Shown: positions 30,622 to 41,773 of the stretch, piece after piece
Position numbering within the stretch: the first letter of the stretch is position 1
Layout of the letters: the number at the start of each line of letters is the position of its first letter
Assembly: GCA_034530875.2 (NCBI GenBank)
Contig: JAVRCJ020000002.1
Coordinates: 64,001-128,000 of the forward strand
Direction: 5' to 3'
DNA: 64,000 nt
From: Nostoc sp. DedSLP01
Lineage (GTDB): Bacteria > Cyanobacteriota > Cyanobacteriia > Cyanobacteriales > Nostocaceae
Notes under the pieces: generated by a model
Seen by the model: only the letters and a program-made list of their open reading frames with translations
What the model was told of the DNA's origin: nothing
Databases searched by the model: none
Made by a program: the position numbers and the translations under genes

Positions 30622-31344
30622 CTACGCTACTAAACCAGAACGTAAAGCACGAACGGCAGCTTGGGTACGGTCATCAGCGCAGAGTTTATTGAGAATATTG
30701 CGAACGTGGGTTTTCACAGTACCGACTGTAATGTAGAGTTTTTCCGCAATTTGTCCGTTGCTACACCCAGCTACAATTAACTCTAAGATTTCTAATTCTC
30801 GTTGGGTTAGGGGATATGTTTCTAAAACTTGCTCGTATTCTGTAGCCAGCGCTTCGATTTTGACTGTCTTTGGCTTGTCGGAGGATTGGCTTTCTCCGGG
30901 AATTCCTTGGCGCATCTTCCGTAAGACTACGTTGGCGATCGCGGGATCGATCCAAGAATTACCACCAAAAGTTGCTTGTATAGCTTCAGTTAATTTACTG
31001 ATGCTGGTTTCTTTCATGTAATAAGAATCTGCTCCTGCGGCAAAAGCCGCAAGTACGGCATCCTCTGTATGATCCATTGTCAGAATTAGAATCTTCGTTG
31101 CTGTTTGCCCAGTTTCAGCTTGATGACGTTTGAATTTACGGGTGAGTTCAATCCCATCCATATCAGGCAAGCCAATATCTACAACTGCCACATCTGGCTT
31201 TGCCGTTTCCAAAAGTTTTAATCCCTGAGTAGCATTTGCAGCTTCGCCAATTACTTTTAATGCACTGTGAGACTGTAATGCAGCCCGTAGTCCCATGCGG
31301 GTTAAATCATGATCTTCAATTAAAATAATGCTGATTTCACTCAT
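30622..31344 (-). CDS. NarL/LuxR-family response regulator (possibly OrrA-like)
   Basis: Receiver EDH...VVDIGLP; LTQRELEIL...TVKTHVRNIL HTH. Confidence 0.92.
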   Translation of the reverse strand: MSEISIILIEDHDLTRMGLRAALQSHSALKVIGEAANATQGLKLLETAKPDVAVVDIGLPDMDGIELTRKFKRHQAETGQTATKILILTMDHTEDAVLAAFAAGADSYYMKETSISKLTEAIQATFGGNSWIDPAIANVVLRKMRQGIPGESQSSDKPKTVKIEALATEYEQVLETYPLTQRELEILELIVAGCSNGQIAEKLYITVGTVKTHVRNILNKLCADDRTQAAVRALRSGLVA

Positions 31345-32690
31345 TGCTACACTCACTCTTACACTGTTTGCATCTTTCAAAGTATTACCTTTTGTAATTA
31401 CTGTCTTTGTAAGAATTCAGGAGTCAGAATAATCCAATAATTAGGAGACTTATTGATGAATCAATATAACTATCATATTAGATTCCTATATCAATCCTGA
31501 CCTTTTAATGGCAGTTGCTACCCTTGTGTTTTTTACCAGACGCTATGCGTAGTTTGCTTTCCTGTAGGAGTAGGGAAAGGCTCAGGGCAAACAAGCCCAA
31601 AAACTCGACGCTAGTCGCTTATGGCTAAAATTCCCAAGACTGCGCTCAGTATCTCCAACGCACCACCTCGTTTTAAGCGCTGAATTCTTTTTTTTATTTT
31701 ATTTTTCCAAACTTAAGATAGATGATTTTTTCAACGCTCTGCATCCACCGATAGAAATAATAAATATCCTATTTTTTTATATTTAGATAGAGGGCAAATC
31801 TAGCTGGAGATATATGGCTACTTGCACAAAAAGGATGAAATATTGATACGAATGCTAAGTTGCCCTCTTTGAGTGAAAATTCAGCTTTCAATTGTTATGT
31901 TCTGCTAGTTACTTAACTATTATAGAGAGCCGATTTGATTCCAAGAATCACTCTTAAGGCAAGGGAAGGGGAAACAGGAGGTCGCCGCAAATACAGCAGT
32001 TTTCATTTACATGAGGTACAAAGTTACAGGTTTTGAGGCAGGATAGCGCAGCGTTAGCGAGTCCGCGAGCGTCGCCAGAAGGCTTTTATGGAATCCCCAT
32101 AAATAAATTTAGGGGATTTAAACACTTTTGGCAGAGGGCAAAAATTAAATTATATTCTCTTCCTTCTGCCTCCTGCCCTCTGCCCTCTGCCTTTCTTCGG
32201 TAAGTGTAATCTTGTGATTTTCCCAATTCTAGAGGTTTGCTTGCCATCGCCAACAAAACTTTAACAACGGTTCAGCGATTGATAAAAATTTTACAAATTT
32301 TATGGAGTAAAATTACTTAATCTTTTTTAAAAACGTAGATAAAATAATACTTTTTATTTACTTTGTCTCAGCAATCTAATGGGTAAAACTGCTCAAGCTT
32401 GTGCTAAATAATAATGAGATGCAACTCTCACTAATGACTGACGACGGCGCTTGATTCACTCATTTACAATGATCTTAAGCTCGATAAAGTATTTTATTTT
32501 ACTTGTTTTTAGCGCTTGCTGTCTCCTGCTCTTTAGTTTAATAGTTTTGAGTTCGTTTGTTGATAATTGTTTTAGAGGCACGGATCGTCACTTAGAAGTG
32601 CAATCCTAAACTCGGCTCGATTAAACAGACTCAGCATCAAATAAAGTCAATTCAAAGTTAGGAAACCCTAAAATAGCGATCGACATTCTC

Positions 32691-32759
32691 ATGGAGGAAA
32701 ACTAAATTGATGGTATGAATGTCAAGAGCGTATTTATGAAAATTAATATTACTAACCTG
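32691..32759 (+). pseudogene. Remnant of a single-domain response regulator N-terminus
   Basis: In-frame MEEN*IDGMNVKSVFMKINITN, resembling the D(V)MNVKRAF.K.NITNP segment of cyanobacterial CheY-like regulators. Confidence 0.45.
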
Positions 32760-33133
32760 GAGCAAAACTTATCACTCTTGGGCTGCGATCGCAGTTACCC
32801 TGGTAAGGATATATCAAACTACGCTTACTTTTGTTGTTTGAGAGTTAAGGGTTTTGCTCGACTCAAAAGAGTTATGGCAAATGCTAGCGATCGGTTAGAG
32901 ATTAACCTGAGTCTAGTATGATTGGAATATCGATTGTCAATCAAATATTTATTTTCCCGATTTTTTTAACTATTGTGATTTATAAATTTTGAAAAGTTTC
33001 CATATTATCAAAATGTCTTAGTTAATTAAGTTACAGATTTGAGATATCAGAAAATCTTACATTCTTTAATAGAAGAATCTGAAAATACAAATGTTATACA
33101 TCAACATCTGTTTAACGACGAAAATAAAAACCA

Positions 33134-34465
33134 ATGGAAGAGACGCTGAAAATTTTGGTTGTAGACGATGATGAAGTAGACCGGATGACGTTACGCCATG
33201 CTCTAACACAAACAGGCGTGAAAATGTTTTTGTCCGAAGTCGGTAACGGTAATGATGCGCTCTCTACCTTAACCACTTCTACTTATGATTGTGTTTTCCT
33301 CAACTATCGCTTACCAGACCAAGACGGATTAACCTTAATTCAACAGATACGCTCATCGGAAATCAAAGTTCCTTTAGTAGTGCTGACCGATGCAGGAGAT
33401 GAAGAAATTACTGTTGAATTAATAAGAGCTGGTGCTACAGATTATATTTATAAGTCTAGAATATCCTCAGGGATTTTAGCACATATTCTGCGCAATGCGA
33501 TTCGAGTTTATCGTGCTGAAGTTGAACTAGCTGTGGCAAATCAGAAACTTCGAGAAAGTCACGAACAACTGACTCGTAAGAATCAAGAATTAGAAAGACA
33601 ACAGCAACATATTCAAATACAAAACTTCAGGTTGTTAGAGGCATCGCGGTTAAAATCACATTTTTTAGCCACTATGTCCCACGAATTGAGAACGCCAATG
33701 AATGCCATTATTGGTTTTTCGCAAATACTATTGCGTCCTAAGTTCGGCCAACTAACGCACCAACAAACGGATATGGTCGAGCGCATCTTGAATAATGGAA
33801 AACATTTACTGATGTTGCTCAATGAAGTTCTCGATTTTTCCAAGCTGGAGGCGGGACGATTATATTTAAAGCCAGAAATATTTGATGTTTCAAAAATTAT
33901 TAATGGCGCTGTAGAAGAAATGCGTTCTCTAGCTGAGGCTAAAAATCTCCCCTTGCAAGTAGAAATAGACTTGCAAAATCCTTTAGGATTCAACGATCCC
34001 CTGCGTCTCAAACAGATTTTGATTAACTTGCTTTCCAATGCAATTAAATTTACGGAGTCCGGTCAAATCTGGGTTGAGGTTAAGGAATTACCAGCAAACC
34101 AAGTGGCAATTATTGTGAAAGATACAGGTATTGGCATAGCAGCAAAAGATTTCAAACATATTTTTGAAGCATTTCGCCAAGTAGATCAAAGTATAACTCG
34201 CAAATATTCAGGCACAGGGTTGGGTTTGGCGATTGTAGATTCGCTAGTGCAAATGATGGGCGGTAAAATTTTTTTGGAGAGCCAATTAGGTGCTGGTTCA
34301 ATGTTTAGAATTGAATTACCCCGTCAAGTAACATTACCAAATCTAGAAGTCGAGCCTCCCCCCTTACAGTTAGAGAAGGATAGCGTTTTTTGTTCTGCTC
34401 AAAATCCGCATCAATCATCTAATAAAGTGAAAAAAGCTCTTATAGAATCTCCTAAATTTCAATAA
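33134..34465 (+). CDS. Hybrid histidine kinase (receiver-HisKA-HATPase); receiver has Asn at the acceptor position
   Basis: SHELRTP, NLLSNAIKF, GTGLGL; CVFLNYRLP. Confidence 0.93.
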   Translation: MEETLKILVVDDDEVDRMTLRHALTQTGVKMFLSEVGNGNDALSTLTTSTYDCVFLNYRLPDQDGLTLIQQIRSSEIKVPLVVLTDAGDEEITVELIRAGATDYIYKSRISSGILAHILRNAIRVYRAEVELAVANQKLRESHEQLTRKNQELERQQQHIQIQNFRLLEASRLKSHFLATMSHELRTPMNAIIGFSQILLRPKFGQLTHQQTDMVERILNNGKHLLMLLNEVLDFSKLEAGRLYLKPEIFDVSKIINGAVEEMRSLAEAKNLPLQVEIDLQNPLGFNDPLRLKQILINLLSNAIKFTESGQIWVEVKELPANQVAIIVKDTGIGIAAKDFKHIFEAFRQVDQSITRKYSGTGLGLAIVDSLVQMMGGKIFLESQLGAGSMFRIELPRQVTLPNLEVEPPPLQLEKDSVFCSAQNPHQSSNKVKKALIESPKFQ

Positions 34466-34507
34466 ATTAAAATTCCTCCTAAAAAAGCTGATAAAAGTCG
34501 AGCGAGT

Positions 34508-35632
34508 ATGTCTGTAATTGAAAATAATAAAATAGATCGCATTCTCGCAGTTGATGATACGCGAGATAATTTGATTTTAGTACAAACAATTTTAGAAAGT
34601 GAAGGTTATGAAGTAGATTTAGCCCCAGATGGGATAACTGCTTTGCAAAAGATTGAAAAATCGCCACCGGATTTAATTTTGCTAGATGTGATGATGCCGG
34701 GGATGGATGGTTATGAAGTTACGGATCGAATTCGTAAGAATCGTGCAATAAGTTATATCCCAATTTTGCTAATTACAGCTTTTCACGAATCCAGCGTTGT
34801 TGAAGGTTTGGATGCTGGTGCTGACGATTTTATTCGCAAACCATTTGATACTGATGAACTGTTGGCAAGAGTGCGATCGCTATTGCGTCTCAAGCACAGT
34901 CTCGACGAACAACAAAAAATGGCACGCCAGCGAGAAGACTTTGTTTCTCGTCTGACTCATGATTTGCGAACTCCCTTGGTAGCGGCCGATCGCATGTTGA
35001 ATTTGTTCGAGATGGAAACATTCTGCAAAATTTCACCGGAAATGAAGCAAGCGATCGCGGTGATGATTCGCAGCAACCAAAATTTGATGCTGATGGTCAA
35101 CACTCTGTTAGAAGTTTATCGCTTTGAAGCTGGTAAAAAAACTTTGAATTGGGAGGAATGCGATTTACCAGAAATTGCTCAAGAAGTAGTGAGTGAAATC
35201 GAACCTCTGACAAATGAAAAAGGCTTGAGTTTGAAACTAGATACCAGCCAATTAGACCCACAAGCTAAAAATCCTGGTATAGTTATGGGCGATCGCCTCG
35301 AACTTAGACGAGTACTATACAACTTGATTGCCAATGCTATCAAATTTACAGATACGGGAGGGATCGCAATCCGCATTTTTGAAAAATCACCAAATCGTCA
35401 ACAGCAAGATTGGGTAACTATTGAGGTAGAAGATACAGGATATGGAATTGCGCCTGAAGACCAAGCAACAATTTTTGAGCGATTTCGCCAAGGTAGAAAC
35501 AAACGTTCGGGTAGCGGCTTAGGGCTACATCTATCGCACCGAATTATAGAAGCTCATACAGGAACTATCCAAGTCACTTCTCAAGTAGGTAAAGGCAGTT
35601 TATTCACTGTGGGACTACCTAAAAATATTTAA
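34508..35632 (+). CDS. Hybrid histidine kinase (receiver-HisKA-HATPase)
   Basis: LLDVMMP, THDLRTP, NAIKF, GSGLGL. Confidence 0.94.
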   Translation: MSVIENNKIDRILAVDDTRDNLILVQTILESEGYEVDLAPDGITALQKIEKSPPDLILLDVMMPGMDGYEVTDRIRKNRAISYIPILLITAFHESSVVEGLDAGADDFIRKPFDTDELLARVRSLLRLKHSLDEQQKMARQREDFVSRLTHDLRTPLVAADRMLNLFEMETFCKISPEMKQAIAVMIRSNQNLMLMVNTLLEVYRFEAGKKTLNWEECDLPEIAQEVVSEIEPLTNEKGLSLKLDTSQLDPQAKNPGIVMGDRLELRRVLYNLIANAIKFTDTGGIAIRIFEKSPNRQQQDWVTIEVEDTGYGIAPEDQATIFERFRQGRNKRSGSGLGLHLSHRIIEAHTGTIQVTSQVGKGSLFTVGLPKNI

Positions 35633-35736
35633 TACCATTTTTGTTTAATTATTTGTAGAAAAATTTCTACATTAAGTGTCAGTCTTAATAATCAATTGTT
35701 ATTTTTGGAGAAATTTTTTCTGGTTGATTACTAATC

Positions 35737-36186
35737 TTAGCAAAGCTCAAAAGCTGATTGAAGGTCGAATTTTCCCTTAAGTAAACGGCTAATCATAGCT
35801 TCTAAATCTTCGAGCATGTAGGGTTTGCTGATGTAATCATCAAAGCCTGCTTCAAGAATCTCCTCTCGAGCCTCTGGGGTAGCTAAAGCTGTAACTGCAA
35901 CCACTGGAATTGTGCGAGTTAAAGTTTCTTGCTTCAAATGACGCGCAACATCAATACCACTCATACCTGGTAACAAAATATCCAATAATATCAAATCTGG
36001 TTGATATTCTTTAGCTACCAGCACCGTTGCAGTGCAATCTTTTTGACAAATGAATCTACAACCAATCGCCTCCAGAGCATAGCTAATCACCAGAAGACTA
36101 TCATCACGATCTTCAACTACCAAAATCAAAGGCTGGTGACAAGTTTGCTTTTCGTCATCAATTGTGAATGAGTGTGCCAAATACAT
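35737..36186 (-). CDS. Single-domain response regulator
   Basis: VVED, LLDILLP, VTA, ISKP. Confidence 0.9.
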   Translation of the reverse strand: MYLAHSFTIDDEKQTCHQPLILVVEDRDDSLLVISYALEAIGCRFICQKDCTATVLVAKEYQPDLILLDILLPGMSGIDVARHLKQETLTRTIPVVAVTALATPEAREEILEAGFDDYISKPYMLEDLEAMISRLLKGKFDLQSAFELC

Positions 36187-37830
36187 CTCTACTCCGGAGG
36201 ATTTTTTTTAATCGATTGTCATTCTTGAGAGATAGGAAGAGGCTTCCTAAAAAGGATAAAATATTTTTTTTAGTTAGGATTGGCTGTCGCTTTGACCTAG
36301 CTTATAATCGTTGCCCATAAAAAAACAGTGAGGAAAGAAAGCCCTAAGCTTATAGCCTTAGCGGCTACTTTTCGATTATAGGCAAAATTACAAAATATCT
36401 TTTTAATAAGTTCATAATAAATTTATATAGTAATGAGCTAGAAAAATCCAATAGTTATTTATACCAATCTGTGTATTTTGGTGTAACTTTTAGCTGCCAC
36501 ATTCGTTAAACAGGCAATTTCTCGCCTCTTTAGCGGATTCGCTAAGAGAAATTTATCAATTCAGCAAATGGCATACAAACTACGTATGACAACAAATTGC
36601 TTTAACTATGGTGCTTTGAAAATAAAAATATACTGTAAACTAAGTGATAACAACTAGTTTGGTTATATTAATTACTCTATTTAAGTAATTAAAAAGTTTA
36701 ACAGTTATTACTAATAATATACGCATCTTAATATTGAATTAGTATTACTATTGGCGATCGCTGAATTTACAGCGTATTTCAAGTTAATGAAGTAGACAAA
36801 CTAGGTTTCCAAGAGTGGCGTTCAGCCTGTTTTGCTTCTGTTCGCGCAGCAGTGTGTATGCTATTGTGACTCTTGAATTCTGCTGTCAAGAAGTCGGTGC
36901 TAATATTTCCATGTAAAGTGTGTTGCCGCCAAGAGCCGCACCATCGAGAATTTAACTGCTTGAGCTTAAGTCATAACTAAAGCATAATTTCAAATAAAAG
37001 TTAATCAAATTGTTCCAAAATATTAAGATATTTTTTTATTCTCAAAGGATAATTATCAAATATTTGGTCAACATTCACTAGCAACATATTTCATAACTAT
37101 TGGGCACACCCTAAAGGAAGATGACTATAAGTCTGACTCAGCTTAAATTATTTTTGGTGTGTCGAATAACTGCTTTCTATGGAGGTTTAGCTGCGAGCTA
37201 AGCCTTTTTTATTATTAAAATAATTCTGCGATCGCCAAGATTAAGCAATATTTATCTACTCTCTCAAGACAGATGTATTTCTCAACTAAAATGACTAAAT
37301 TTTCCTGATAGACTCTACTCTTACTTAAGGCTTGGTTAACAATCAAGCCTTTCTCTATTAATTAAAGTTCCTGTAAAAGTAAATAATAGCAAATATTAAC
37401 GAAGGCAGGAGGCAGAGGGCAGTTCTTGCTGGAGGCCGTTTTTGTAACGAGGATTTATACCCCGTGACAAAAAATTTTCGCCTTAAAAGGCGTTAGCGTA
37501 GCAGAACGAAGTCCGGTTTTAGACCCGATTGTTTCGATAAATAAAATTAATTGCTTCTTACTTTAGCTTGTAAGTTATTCTTTGTAAAAATCAAAATAAG
37601 CTAATTCATCAATAGCGTGCAATATTGTTGTAAACCCGCTGTAGACAGATGAACTCACCAAAAAGTAATCCTAAATTAGCTATGTATGGTAAACACTTGG
37701 TATATATAAGGCGTGGCTGCTAAAGGTCATGCCTTTTTCGTTATTTATACTAACTAAAACGTGTAGCTATAGAACTCGTATTTGATGTTTTAAACAACTA
37801 ATTACCCTTTGATTGCTTCTTGTTTGTTCC

Positions 37831-38340
37831 CTATTTTCTGCTAAGAGTTCTCTCTCTAGGATTGTGTCCTGTGAATAGATATTCGAGTAACCTCCTTACA
37901 GCTTCAGTTGCATAGCCGTTATACCGTTTCACTTTCAGGTTGATACATTTAGGCAAGCAGGGGGAGCAGAGGGAGCAGAGGAGGCAGGGGAAGAAAGAAA
38001 AATGATTTGTATCAACAATTGAGTGAAACGGTATTACTTGGTGCGATCGCGTCAGTCGTCCGCGATCGGCTAAAATGCAGAAGGCGCAGTCCCTAATCAT
38101 TTCGCCTGTATCCTTAAGCACAATCGCCAGCTGATACCACTCGCCCAAGACACCTGGTGTTGACTGCTGCATGGATTGTATAAATTTCATGGCTTCCATT
38201 TCTAGATAAGGCGGATCCCAAGTTTGATACTTCGCCACTTCCAGATCGTTGCGATAGGGCAAGAACGCCGCTAGGTCGTTATCCTGGAATCTACGTAACA
38301 GCAATCGTGGAGTTTCCAACCCCATGAGAACTTGAGACAC
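37831..38340 (-). pseudogene. RimJ/RimL-type GNAT acetyltransferase, MITE-interrupted and C-terminally truncated
   Basis: ETPRLLLRRF and GYATEA present; 39 foreign codons inside the Q-x-x-G-Y-A motif; C-terminal GNAT strand missing. Confidence 0.75.
37922..38033. mobile_element. MITE with TTA target duplication
   Basis: TTA|TACCGTTTCACT-N6-TTGATACA...TGTATCAA-N6-AGTGAAACGGTA|TTA. Confidence 0.85.
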
Positions 38341-38563
38341 GATCTAAGATGAAATAATTACTAGTTTTACAAAGGCAATGTCTACGACGGGCTACGCCTA
38401 CGGTTATTCAAGCCATAGGTAGAAAAATCTCTGGCTATAAAACGCTGATTTACTTCCTGGCCTTTGCTCCAAGTACTGAATTCGCCAAAATGCAAAATTA
38501 AATGTCAATTATTTCTTCTTTAATTGTGGTTTATTAACTTGAATTTTTCGTTTTTCACTGATT

Positions 38564-41377
38564 ATGAAGTCACGCGCATACATGCTTATCGGATTTTTTC
38601 TCAGTATTCTCCTCAGTTTAGTGCCATTTTCAGGGAACTTTACCATTGCCGCAACACCAACAACAACTGCTGCACCTGTATCTCCACTGTCATTTACCCA
38701 AGGAGTGCAAAAAACAGTATTGGACAATGGTTTAACCGTCCTCACCAAAGAAGTCCATACGGCTCCCGTGGTAAGCGTGCAAGTTTGGTATAAAGTCGGT
38801 TCGCGCAATGAAGGTAAGGGAGAAAGCGGTATCTCGCACCAGTTAGAACATTTGATGTTCAAAGGTACAACCGACCGTCCAGTGCAGTTCGGACGGTTGT
38901 TTAGTGCCTTGGGTAGCCAGTTCAACGCCTTTACTAGTTATGACGAAACAGCTTACTTTGGCACAGTGCAGCGAGACAGACTCGAAGCATTGCTTGTACT
39001 GGAAGCCGATCGCATGAAAAATGCTTTAATTAACCCAGAACAACTTGCAAGTGAGAAACGAGTAGTCATCTCTGAGTTACAAGGCTACGAAAATTCGCCA
39101 GAGTATCGTTTGAATCGAGAACTCATGCGCAATGCTTTCCCAAATCGAGCTTATGGCTTACCAGTGGGAGGTACAAAAGCTGATGTCGAAAAATTCACGG
39201 TAGAGCAGGTACGAAATTATTACCAAAAGTACTACAGTCCAGAAAATGCCACATTGGTAATTACTGGAGATTTTGCCTCCGAACCTGTACTGAAAATTGC
39301 CAAAGAAACTTTTGGTAAGTTATCGCCACAGGCAAAACAAGACAAAGTAGTTGATGATACAAGCCAAGCGCTCGATCGCTTCTCGACATCTTCTGCCCTC
39401 GCCGATGCTTCCCCGGCTACTGCTAAGAAAAAGGCTCCGATTGTCCTCAAGCAACCCGGAAGTGCAGCATTACTACAAGCGCTGTATCCTCTGTCAGATA
39501 TCAAGCATCCTGATGTGCCAGCAATTGATGTCATGGATGCCGTTCTCACTGGCGGACGTAGTTCTAGACTTTACCAGGCTTTGGTAGAATCTGGACTCGC
39601 TAGTTCAGTTAGTGGCGGTGCCGTGGAACTTATCGAACCGGGTTGGTATGAAATTGATGCTACGGCGGCTCCCGGTCAAGAATTAAGCAAAATTGCTCAG
39701 GTTATTGACGAAACTTTGACAAAACTGCAACAGCAGCCAGTCACCCCAGAAGAGTTGAAGCGAGCTAAGACGCAGCTGCAAGCGTCATATATATTGGGTA
39801 ACCAGGACATCACTAGTCAGGCCAACCTCCTGGGATATAACCAAACTGTCGCTGGAGATTATCATTTTATAGAAAAGTATCTCGCTGCGATCGCCAAAGT
39901 CACCCCAGAACAGATACAAAAAGCCGCCAAAACTTACTTAGATCCTGCCAAACAAACCATTGGCTACTTTGAACCGACCCAACCAGACGGTCAACCGGGA
40001 GCTTCCAATGCTGGTTCTGGTCGTACCGCAGAAAACTTCAGCCCTGGTAAACCTGTAGACCCAGCAGAACTGGCTAAATATCTGCCACCTGCCACATCAA
40101 CTACAGATTCCAAAAAACAATCGCTACCAGAAGAGTTTACTTTGAGTAATGGTTTGCGAGTTTTGCTGTTAAGCGATCGCAATGTTCCTAGTATTAATCT
40201 CAGCGGTCAAATTGACGCTGGTACTGAGTTTGACAGCAATCAAAAAGGTGGATTAGCGAATTTAACTGCAATCAACTTAATGAATGGAACGAAGACTAAA
40301 AATGCTCTCACCCTCGCAAAAACCTTAGAAGACCAAGGAGCCGGTTTAAACTTCAGTGCTAGCCGCGAAGGGGTAAACATAAGCGGTGAGGGCTTGTCAG
40401 CAAACCTGCCAATTTTGGTTCAAACTCTGGCAGATGTCTTAGAAAACGCTACTTTCCCCACCGACCAGTTAGAACTCAGTCGTAAAAGGGCGTTAACAAG
40501 TCTCAAAATCCAGCTAGATGACCCCAACGGTCTGGGAAGACGGGTATTTCAACAAGCAATTTACCCAGAAAATCATCCGTTCCATACCTTTCCTACGGAA
40601 GAGAGTTTAAAAAGCATTACTCGTGATGACTTGCTTAATTTTTACCAGACACATTACCGGCCAGACACCACAACCATCGCATTAGTGGGAGACTTCGATT
40701 CAGCTAAGGTGAAAGCATTGCTGAATGAGGCATTTGGTAAATGGGAAGCCACAGGTAAGCCACCCGTTCTCAAAGTGCCGTCAGTGCCATTACCGAAAAG
40801 TTCGACACAATTAAATAAAGTAATTCCCGGCAAAGCTGAGGCTGTGACCTACATTGGCTACAACGGAATTTCTAGGAAAGACAAGCGTTTCTATGCAGCA
40901 TCGGTACTGAATCAAATTTTGGGTGGCGATACCTTAGCGAGTCGCTTGGGTACGGAAGTGCGCGATCGCCAGGGATTAACTTACGGTATTTATAGTGCTT
41001 TTGCTGCTGGAATTAATCCCGGCCCCTTCTTGATTCAAATGCAGACTGCTCCCGGAGATGCTCAAAAAGCGATCGCCAGTGCTGTTGCTTTACTTAAACA
41101 ATTACGCGAACAAGGAGTAACTGAAGCTGAATTAAATACAGCAAAACGCTCAATTACTAACAGCTACCCTGTAGATTTAGCTAATCCTAGTAATGTATCT
41201 AGCATCATTTTGGATAATGCTGTCTTGGGACTTTCACGAGCCGAAATTCGAGAATTTCCCCAGCGAATTCAGGCAGTTACTATGGCTCAAGTCCAACAAG
41301 TAATTGAGGATTTAATTCAGCCGGAAAATTTAGTAATTGTCACTGCTGGCCCTGGAGATAGCGTGCCAGATAAATAG
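38564..41377 (+). CDS. M16 family (pitrilysin-like) zinc peptidase, exported
   Basis: Signal peptide, HQLEH motif, NAFT, duplicated M16 halves. Confidence 0.95.
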   Translation: MKSRAYMLIGFFLSILLSLVPFSGNFTIAATPTTTAAPVSPLSFTQGVQKTVLDNGLTVLTKEVHTAPVVSVQVWYKVGSRNEGKGESGISHQLEHLMFKGTTDRPVQFGRLFSALGSQFNAFTSYDETAYFGTVQRDRLEALLVLEADRMKNALINPEQLASEKRVVISELQGYENSPEYRLNRELMRNAFPNRAYGLPVGGTKADVEKFTVEQVRNYYQKYYSPENATLVITGDFASEPVLKIAKETFGKLSPQAKQDKVVDDTSQALDRFSTSSALADASPATAKKKAPIVLKQPGSAALLQALYPLSDIKHPDVPAIDVMDAVLTGGRSSRLYQALVESGLASSVSGGAVELIEPGWYEIDATAAPGQELSKIAQVIDETLTKLQQQPVTPEELKRAKTQLQASYILGNQDITSQANLLGYNQTVAGDYHFIEKYLAAIAKVTPEQIQKAAKTYLDPAKQTIGYFEPTQPDGQPGASNAGSGRTAENFSPGKPVDPAELAKYLPPATSTTDSKKQSLPEEFTLSNGLRVLLLSDRNVPSINLSGQIDAGTEFDSNQKGGLANLTAINLMNGTKTKNALTLAKTLEDQGAGLNFSASREGVNISGEGLSANLPILVQTLADVLENATFPTDQLELSRKRALTSLKIQLDDPNGLGRRVFQQAIYPENHPFHTFPTEESLKSITRDDLLNFYQTHYRPDTTTIALVGDFDSAKVKALLNEAFGKWEATGKPPVLKVPSVPLPKSSTQLNKVIPGKAEAVTYIGYNGISRKDKRFYAASVLNQILGGDTLASRLGTEVRDRQGLTYGIYSAFAAGINPGPFLIQMQTAPGDAQKAIASAVALLKQLREQGVTEAELNTAKRSITNSYPVDLANPSNVSSIILDNAVLGLSRAEIREFPQRIQAVTMAQVQQVIEDLIQPENLVIVTAGPGDSVPDK

Positions 41378-41387
41378 GGGCAGAGGG

Positions 41388-41648
41388 CAATACTACTCGA
41401 TTAAGCATTTTGAACTCAGAATTTGGTTTGGGGAAAAGGTTAAAGGGGAAGGGTTATATCAAGTTCGGATGATTAGTTATGATTGCAGTCCTCGCGTTAC
41501 CCCTCCCCAACCCTCCCCTTAGCAAGGGGAGGGTGCCGTAAGGCGGGTGGGGTGTTTCAGGATTTATAAGTAATTAAGCGAACTTGATATTAAAGGTTTT
41601 TTCTTTCCCTTTTTCCCTTCCCCTTTTCCCCTTAACCGACAAGTATTG
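41388..41648. mobile_element. Outer MITE with 10-bp target duplication
   Basis: TIRs CAATACTACTCGATTAAG / CTTAACCGACAAGTATTG; GGGCAGAGGG at 41378-41387 and 41649-41658. Confidence 0.8.
41457..41589. mobile_element. Nested inner MITE with TTA duplication
   Basis: TTA|TATCAAGTTCG...CGAACTTGATA|TTA. Confidence 0.8.
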
Positions 41649-41773
41649 GGGCAGAGGGGAGAATAATAACTTCTGTACAAACAAGGGTTAATCGCGTCTC
41701 TCACTCCTAACTCAGCACTCTCAATGCCCCATCCCAATCCAAAATCTAAAATTGTCTGACTTGTAAATAATTA

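Noticed and set aside
32715..32921. 68-aa ORF as a functional gene
   Set aside because: Only the first 14 or so codons look meaningful (regulator relic); the rest has no recognisable features
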